Source: an uncultured bacterium (GTDB lineage: Bacteria > Bacillota_I > Bacilli_A > RFN20 > CAG-826). Taken from it: a stretch of DNA of 64,000 nucleotides. The notes below the pieces were generated by a model, which did not search any database, had not been told where the DNA came from, and saw nothing but the letters and a program-made list of their open reading frames with translations. Positions 55,262-61,758 of the stretch are shown in pieces (the first letter of the stretch is position 1; each line of letters starts with the position of its first letter). Where the stretch lies: contig CASERQ010000002.1 in assembly GCA_949290395.1 (NCBI GenBank), forward strand, positions 8,505 through 72,504, read 5' to 3'. The translations under genes and the position numbers were made by a program.

Positions 55262-58200
55262 ATGTCTAGAAAAAAATTTAAAAAGTCACTTCTTGCTGTA
55301 AGTTTATTAGCCTTCAGTGCAATAAGCTTAGGTGCTTTAGCCTCTTGTCAGCCAGAAGAACAACCAGGACCTGTTGATCCTGTAGAAAATAACGTTTTAA
55401 AAGGCGTCACAGATTTCCATATTACAAATAAAGATGAAATTCGTGAAGAATGGAAAGCTGGAGATGGAAATAGAATGCTCGAATTCACATTCACAGGATC
55501 TAATGTTAATGTTGGTGAAGCATTAAGAAATGGTTCCATTGAAATCACTTCAACAAACACTGATGTTGCAATGATTATCGGACAATATATTTCCACTTTA
55601 AAAGAAGGTTATGCTAGAGTCATGGTCACTGTTCATACTGAAAACGGTGATTTAATCGATACAGTTGACTTTGATGTTCAAGCAGCTCTTGTTCAAGCTG
55701 AGCCAACAAAAGTTACAATTGCTGAAGCTTTAAAAATGGATGTCAGCAAATGGCAACAAACTAAACCTCAACCAATTTATGAAATCACTGGTATTGTTGG
55801 TGATTGGTATGGTAAAGATGAGGTTACTGGAAGTTATGGCGTAGTTTCTGAACCAAATGCATACGGAAACTTCTATTTACATGATGAAGCTAATCCAGAA
55901 GATGAAATCCTTGTTTATGGCGCTACAGCAAATACTGATGCAATGGTTTTCAATAGTGACGGAACTTGGTCATTTAACAATCCAGGAGATTTTGTTGATG
56001 ACGAAGGAAAAACTCCAGTTGTAAAACATAATAGAGTTACTATTCATGCTATTCTTGCTGAATATAATGGAACAGTTCAATTAAACGCTGTTATTACAAA
56101 AGTTGAAGAAGTTCCTGTTATTAGTTTCGAATCAGCAAGTTTAAAACTTGATAAACAAGAACTTAAAATTGGCGAAGCTATTGGTTTTAAAGCTAGTGGT
56201 CTTCCAGAAAATGCTACTGATGGCGAACCAACAATTGAGATTGTTGAAGAGAAAGATACTACACCAGACGACGATAAAAATGATGATGTTATCGAAATTA
56301 AAGGTAATACAATCTACGCAAGAGGCGCAGGAACTGCAAAAGTTAAAGCAGTCGCTGGCAGCGGGGAGAACAAGAAAGAATCACAAGTATATGATATTAC
56401 TGTTGCAGGTGATGTTGAAAGAACACCAATTGCTACATTATTAGATGGTAATCACAATAGTGGCAGAGTTTACACAAAGGGTAGATTTATTGGAAACTTT
56501 GCTGGTGATCAAAATTATGGTCTTTTAATCGGTGAAGGTGATAATGCTCTCTTTATTTATGGTGCTAGCGCTCCAAGTGGAACTAAAGTAGGTGATGAAC
56601 TTTTAGTAACAGGTTATGCTTCCATTCGTAATGGTGCTTATCAATTATCTGGAGCTGATGTTGTTAAAGGAAGTGAAGATACATCATTAGCTGAAGTTAC
56701 TACAGTTGATTTAAATACAAGTTTAGATACATTAACCGGAAAAGATGCTTCAAGAAATGCAACTGTTAAAGGAACTGTTTCTAATTACAAACTTGATAAT
56801 TACAAGAATGTTACCTTCGATGTTGCTATTGATGCAGATACAAAAGTAAGTGTTAAAGCTGATAGTAGATATGTCGATTGGAAGATTTTGAATAGATTAG
56901 GGTTTGTTGAAAATGGTGATACTGTTTCATTAAATGGTAATCTTACTTTCAGTTATTACGATAACGAAGAAACAGAAGATGTTGATGAAAGTAAAACATT
57001 TGCACCTAATGCAGATACATTAAGACTTGAAAATATTTCCTTCACTACAGCTGAAGAAAATCCAGACATTATTTATAATAAGATTTCTCAACTTTACACA
57101 GTTGAAGCTGATGAATACATTAATTTCTATGGTGAATACTTAGGAGCATATAGAGGAAATCAAACTTACGGTAGCTATATTGGAGATGGTGATAATGCAA
57201 TCTTACTTTATGGTTACGTACCAAGCAAAGTTTCTGTGGGTGATAAAGTATTAGTTTCTGGTAAAGCTGATTGGCATGGTGGCATGCTCCAAGTTTCTAA
57301 AGATTATGTCTATGTTACAAAAATTTCAGGAACAACAGCCGAAGCTTACCCAATTGCTGATCCAGAAGATATGGACTTCACAAATTATAGTGCTGCAGAT
57401 TTAGCTGGCGTCGCTGGAAAAGATGCTGGCAGAAGAGTTACTCTTAATGGTAAAGTCAAATCAATTTCGCAAGATAGCTATGGTGCATTCAACATTGTAG
57501 TTACAAATGCAGCAGGCGCTGATGTTAATGTTTATGCTGATAATAGATACACAAATGGCGAAGATCTTGCATACTTTGGCTTCTTAGAAGTAGGCAACGA
57601 AGTTGAATTAACAGGAAATGTTGCTTTTGATGAAGACGCTGATAAACTTGCAACTAGCGCAGAAACCTTACAAGTTGTTAACTTAAAAATCTTGAATAAA
57701 GAAGATATCGAAGTTAAATATAGTTCAATTAAACAAATCTATAGAGAAGATATTGGAACTTATGTCGCTTTCTATGGAAAAGTTATGAGCGAATTTAAAG
57801 GAAAGCAAAATTATGGACTTTATGTTGGCGATGGAGAATATGCTGTATTTATTTATAATGCTTCTTTACCTCAAGGGGTTAAAGTTGGCGATGTAGTTAC
57901 AGTAATGGGCGCAACCGATGTTCATAATGGTGGTTTCCAAATTGGAAAAGGCGCAACAATAGAACTTGCTGAAGAAGGACAATTCGAAGTTAAAGATACC
58001 GTTAAAGTTGACTTAGTTGCTGACTTTAATAAAATTGATGGAAAATACACTGGAAGAGAAACTACATTTACTGGTGTTGTTTCTGAATTTAAATTAGATA
58101 GTTATAAAACAGCTACTTTTAAATTAACTTACAAAGTTGATGAAAAGACATCCTATGTTGTTTCTGTCGAGGCTGATAATAGATACATTCCAACTGATGA

Positions 58201-58360
58201 ATTAACTAAGTTACAAAATCTTAAAGATGGTGATACTGTAACTATTGCTGGTAATATCAACTTTGAAATTGAAGGCGAAGGTAAAGATGAATTACCTGAA
58301 GATAATAAAGGTTTACTAATTGTAAATCCTAGACTTGTTGTCGAAACTCCAGCTGCTTAA
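55262..58360 (+). CDS. large lipoprotein: Ig-like domains plus an array of OB-like (extracellular-nuclease-type) modules, 3 x ~215-aa tandem repeats
   Basis: 1032 aa. Lipobox LASC. The repeated pattern G(R/E/K)..G.F.G.QNYG..(I/V)G(E/D)GD.A...Y...P....VGD...V.G......G..Q occurs three times. An earlier module ends ILAEYNGTVQL. Confidence 0.6.
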   Translation: MSRKKFKKSLLAVSLLAFSAISLGALASCQPEEQPGPVDPVENNVLKGVTDFHITNKDEIREEWKAGDGNRMLEFTFTGSNVNVGEALRNGSIEITSTNTDVAMIIGQYISTLKEGYARVMVTVHTENGDLIDTVDFDVQAALVQAEPTKVTIAEALKMDVSKWQQTKPQPIYEITGIVGDWYGKDEVTGSYGVVSEPNAYGNFYLHDEANPEDEILVYGATANTDAMVFNSDGTWSFNNPGDFVDDEGKTPVVKHNRVTIHAILAEYNGTVQLNAVITKVEEVPVISFESASLKLDKQELKIGEAIGFKASGLPENATDGEPTIEIVEEKDTTPDDDKNDDVIEIKGNTIYARGAGTAKVKAVAGSGENKKESQVYDITVAGDVERTPIATLLDGNHNSGRVYTKGRFIGNFAGDQNYGLLIGEGDNALFIYGASAPSGTKVGDELLVTGYASIRNGAYQLSGADVVKGSEDTSLAEVTTVDLNTSLDTLTGKDASRNATVKGTVSNYKLDNYKNVTFDVAIDADTKVSVKADSRYVDWKILNRLGFVENGDTVSLNGNLTFSYYDNEETEDVDESKTFAPNADTLRLENISFTTAEENPDIIYNKISQLYTVEADEYINFYGEYLGAYRGNQTYGSYIGDGDNAILLYGYVPSKVSVGDKVLVSGKADWHGGMLQVSKDYVYVTKISGTTAEAYPIADPEDMDFTNYSAADLAGVAGKDAGRRVTLNGKVKSISQDSYGAFNIVVTNAAGADVNVYADNRYTNGEDLAYFGFLEVGNEVELTGNVAFDEDADKLATSAETLQVVNLKILNKEDIEVKYSSIKQIYREDIGTYVAFYGKVMSEFKGKQNYGLYVGDGEYAVFIYNASLPQGVKVGDVVTVMGATDVHNGGFQIGKGATIELAEEGQFEVKDTVKVDLVADFNKIDGKYTGRETTFTGVVSEFKLDSYKTATFKLTYKVDEKTSYVVSVEADNRYIPTDELTKLQNLKDGDTVTIAGNINFEIEGEGKDELPEDNKGLLIVNPRLVVETPAA

Positions 58361-58381
58361 TAAGCAAAAACAATAAAATTT

Positions 58382-58410
58382 AGAGGCGCCTTTTAAGGGC
58401 GCCTCTTTCT
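58382..58410 (+). terminator. rho-independent terminator after the 1032-aa lipoprotein gene
   Basis: GC-rich 9-bp stem AGAGGCGCC/GGCGCCTCT, 7-nt loop, then TTCT. Confidence 0.7.
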
Positions 58411-58420
58411 AACCTATATT

Positions 58421-59848
58421 ATGATTAAGAAAAAATTTATATTAGTACTAAATTTAATTTCTTTTTTCTCTGTTTCTTTATATTCATGTTCTAACGAAGA
58501 AGATCTTGGCGAAAGAGTAGAAGAAAGAACGCTCAATTTTTATGCGCTAAATGATTTTCATGGCGCTTTTTTATATGATAAAAGCGAAAAGCAAACTGGT
58601 TTATCTCGTATTGCTAAATTTTTAATTGATGAAAAAAGTAAAGATCCAGAAAATACTTTTATTATTTCAAGTGGCGACATGTTTCAAGGCGGTGCTGAAA
58701 GCAATATTACGCGAGGGAAAATCATGGTCGAAGCGATGAATACAATTGGATTTGATTCAATGACAATTGGAAACCATGAATTTGATTGGGGCGAAGAAAC
58801 ACTTAAAAATTTAGAAAATGAAATGGATTTTCCTCTTCTAGGAATTAACGTATTTTACGAAGATGATAGTGGAGAAAATTCTTTAACTAGACCAGAATAT
58901 TTAGCTCCATCAACCATCATAAAAAAAGAAGGAATTAAAGTTGGTATTATAGGTTCTATCATGCCAAATATTGATAGTTCAATTTTAGCGACTATTTCAG
59001 ATGATTTTTATTTTGAAAGTTCGATATCTTTAATTGAAGAAGAAGCAGATAGATTAAAAAACAAAGAAAACTGCGATATAGTTGTTTTATCCGCTCATGA
59101 TGGAGGAAGAATATATTATCAAGGAATTGAAAATATAGATGCTGTCTTTTTAGGTCATGAACATGAAAAGATGGAAGGAAAATATAGAGATGGTGTACCT
59201 TATGTTCAAGGTGTAAATTATGGTAAGTATTTATCACATATTTCTTTAGATTTAAAACTTGAAAATAATCATTATAAAGTAGTTTCTTCTAACGTTGAAA
59301 ACATTGATACTTTTTCAACATTTTTAGAAAATTCCTCGCAAATCGATGATATTTATTCTAAATATAAAGATGAAATTGAGCCAATTAGAGATGAAGTTTT
59401 ATATACTTTTGATGAACGTATTTCAAAGAGTGAGTTTGGTAAATATATAGCTAAATCTTTATATGAATATGTAAATTCAAATTATGAATATAAGGTTTCT
59501 TTAGGCTGCATTAATAATAATGGTGGAGTAAGAGATGATATTGAAAGTGGTGAATTTACATATGGTGATTTACTCAAAGTTTATCCTTTTGAAAACATCC
59601 TTTGTTTATTAGAAATTAATCCAAAGGATTATAAAAGTAGCTATTTCTCTCAAAGTGGTTTATATAAATATTTTGAAGATGAAAGTGGAAACCCTCTAAT
59701 TAATGAAAATGGAAAAGCTTATATTGCAACAGCAGATTTTGTTGCTTATAGAGACAATAGTCCAAAAGAAAGAATAATAGAATATCAAGATGTTTTACTT
59801 CGTGATGTTGTCGCTAATAATTTAAAAACTAATGGTTTTTCACTTTAA
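58421..59848 (+). CDS. 5'-nucleotidase/metallophosphoesterase lipoprotein (copy 1)
   Basis: 475 aa. Lipobox-like LYSC. NDFHG, GDMFQGG and GNHEFDWG. C-terminal 5'-nucleotidase-type substrate domain (GGVRDDI..GEFTYGDL). Confidence 0.85.
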   Translation: MIKKKFILVLNLISFFSVSLYSCSNEEDLGERVEERTLNFYALNDFHGAFLYDKSEKQTGLSRIAKFLIDEKSKDPENTFIISSGDMFQGGAESNITRGKIMVEAMNTIGFDSMTIGNHEFDWGEETLKNLENEMDFPLLGINVFYEDDSGENSLTRPEYLAPSTIIKKEGIKVGIIGSIMPNIDSSILATISDDFYFESSISLIEEEADRLKNKENCDIVVLSAHDGGRIYYQGIENIDAVFLGHEHEKMEGKYRDGVPYVQGVNYGKYLSHISLDLKLENNHYKVVSSNVENIDTFSTFLENSSQIDDIYSKYKDEIEPIRDEVLYTFDERISKSEFGKYIAKSLYEYVNSNYEYKVSLGCINNNGGVRDDIESGEFTYGDLLKVYPFENILCLLEINPKDYKSSYFSQSGLYKYFEDESGNPLINENGKAYIATADFVAYRDNSPKERIIEYQDVLLRDVVANNLKTNGFSL

Positions 59849-59857
59849 GGAGTTTTT

Positions 59858-61540
59858 ATGAAAGGTAGATTTTTAATTTTAAGTGCACTTATTTTAGGGT
59901 CCATTTCACTTACTGCTTGTAATAATGAAGAACCTATAGAAAATGAAACTTTAACTTTTTTAGTTGAGTTTAGCGATGATTTTAAAAAAGAATATTATAT
60001 TAATGAAACTATAAGTTATGATGGTTTAATCGTTAAAGATAGTAGAACTGGTGAAGAGATCTCTTATAGAATTTCACCTAATGAAGGTACAAGACTTAGA
60101 GAACCTGGTGAAGTTACAGTTACTATTAAAAGAGATGGTTATAAAGAATATACATTTAAAATTAATGTATTAGATGATGGAACATATCGCGAAGAAAAGA
60201 CAATTGAACTTTATTCTGTAAATGATTTTCATGGATCTTTTATTGAAAATAGAAGTAACGATGAAATAGGAATGGCTAAAATGGCTAGTTTCCTAAAAAA
60301 TGAAAAAGCAAATGGGGATGCCGTTATTCTTTCAGCTGGAGATATGTGGCAAGGTGGCGTTGAATCTAACCTCACAAAAGGTAAAATCATTGTTGATTCC
60401 ATGAACGAGATTGGTTTTGATGCAATGACTATTGGAAACCATGAATTTGATTGGGGATATGATGTTTTAAAAGAAAACATTGAATTAATGAATTTTCCAA
60501 TGCTTGGAGCTAATGTCTATTCTTTTTCAAGTGGTAAGAGACTTGAATATTTAGAGCCTTATAAAGTTGTTGAAGTAGATGGCGTAAAACTCGGCATCAT
60601 TGGAACAGGCGCTGAAACTTTAGCAAGCGATATCACTTATAGCGTAAGTTATGATTTAGACTTTAGAAACTCTGTTGAATATATAAAAGATTATTCTGAA
60701 ATTTTAAGAGAAGAAGAGAACTGTGATGCTATTATTCTTCTTGCTCATGATGCAGGTGGCGCTGGAGGATGCGATACGCCATATAAATTTGAAGATTTAA
60801 CAAAACTTGACCCAGTTAGTAAAGAAAGATATGTTGATGCAATTTTTTTAGGACATGATCATTATAGAAAACAAGGTTTTATAAATGGTGTACCTTATAT
60901 GGAAGGTGGAGCAAATGGAGAATATCTTTCTAAAATTACATTAGATTTTAAAGAAAATGATGAAGGCGAACTTGAAATTAGTGATTCAAGTTACTCTTTA
61001 ATAGATCCATATAGCTCATCCTATTCTTCTTATTTTGAAAAGGAAGATAAGAATATAAATGCATTACTAGATAAATATAAAGATGAACTTGCTTCAATTG
61101 ATGAAGTTATTTGTACTTTTGATACTAAGCTTGATAAATGGGATATTTTAGATTTACTATGTGAAGCAATGCTTGCTTATGCTAATGACCCAAAAAATGA
61201 AAGTATATTAATCGATGACAAAAAAGTAACTGCAGCTTTTCATAATGATGGAGGAGTAAGAGGAGAGGTATCAGCTGGCGAATTTACTTATCGTGATTTA
61301 ATTAAAGTAGTTCCTTTTGATAATACAGTTTGTATTGTAAAAGTTAATAATAATGATTTAGAGATTTGGAAAGCAGGTAGTAACACCTATATAGATTTAG
61401 GAAGTGAAGATGAATACACTTACCTTGTTACTATTAATTATCTTGCTGATAATGTTGAATATCCTAATGAAGAAATGTTTAATACAAATGTTGTTATTCA
61501 AGATGTTTTTATTGAATATTTAAGAGAAAACTATAATTAA
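59858..61540 (+). CDS. 5'-nucleotidase/metallophosphoesterase lipoprotein (copy 2) with ~90-aa N-terminal extra domain
   Basis: 560 aa. Lipobox LTAC. NDFHG, GDMWQGG, GNHEFDWG and GGVRGEV..GEFTYRDL. Paralog of copy 1. Confidence 0.85.
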   Translation: MKGRFLILSALILGSISLTACNNEEPIENETLTFLVEFSDDFKKEYYINETISYDGLIVKDSRTGEEISYRISPNEGTRLREPGEVTVTIKRDGYKEYTFKINVLDDGTYREEKTIELYSVNDFHGSFIENRSNDEIGMAKMASFLKNEKANGDAVILSAGDMWQGGVESNLTKGKIIVDSMNEIGFDAMTIGNHEFDWGYDVLKENIELMNFPMLGANVYSFSSGKRLEYLEPYKVVEVDGVKLGIIGTGAETLASDITYSVSYDLDFRNSVEYIKDYSEILREEENCDAIILLAHDAGGAGGCDTPYKFEDLTKLDPVSKERYVDAIFLGHDHYRKQGFINGVPYMEGGANGEYLSKITLDFKENDEGELEISDSSYSLIDPYSSSYSSYFEKEDKNINALLDKYKDELASIDEVICTFDTKLDKWDILDLLCEAMLAYANDPKNESILIDDKKVTAAFHNDGGVRGEVSAGEFTYRDLIKVVPFDNTVCIVKVNNNDLEIWKAGSNTYIDLGSEDEYTYLVTINYLADNVEYPNEEMFNTNVVIQDVFIEYLRENYN

Positions 61541-61700
61541 GAGAATAATTTTATAAATATTGGGTTTTTGCGGGTTTTTTCTATTAATTGAAAGTTTTAA
61601 ATCGCTATTTTTTCATAAAAATTTTCTAAAAAGATCTTTATATCAATAATGAAAATTGTAAAGCAAATGTAAATCTTGAATGTCAACTCTCCTTATGTTT

Positions 61701-61728
61701 TTGACATCTTTATTTTAGTAATTATAAA
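61701..61728 (+). promoter_or_regulatory. candidate sigma-A promoter of the last lipoprotein gene
   Basis: TTGACA (61701-61706), a 16-nt spacer, then TATAAA (61723-61728). SD AAGGAGA at 61747-61753 and ATG at 61759. Confidence 0.4.
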
Positions 61729-61758
61729 ATAAAGACGCGAAGGGTTAAGGAGAAAAAA

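Noticed and set aside
61563-61580. GGTTTTTGCGGGTTTTTT after the second 5'-nucleotidase gene as a hairpin terminator
   Set aside because: No complementary upstream arm was found. It is noted only as a loose relative of the GTTTTGCAAGGTTTTT motif, and its function is undetermined.
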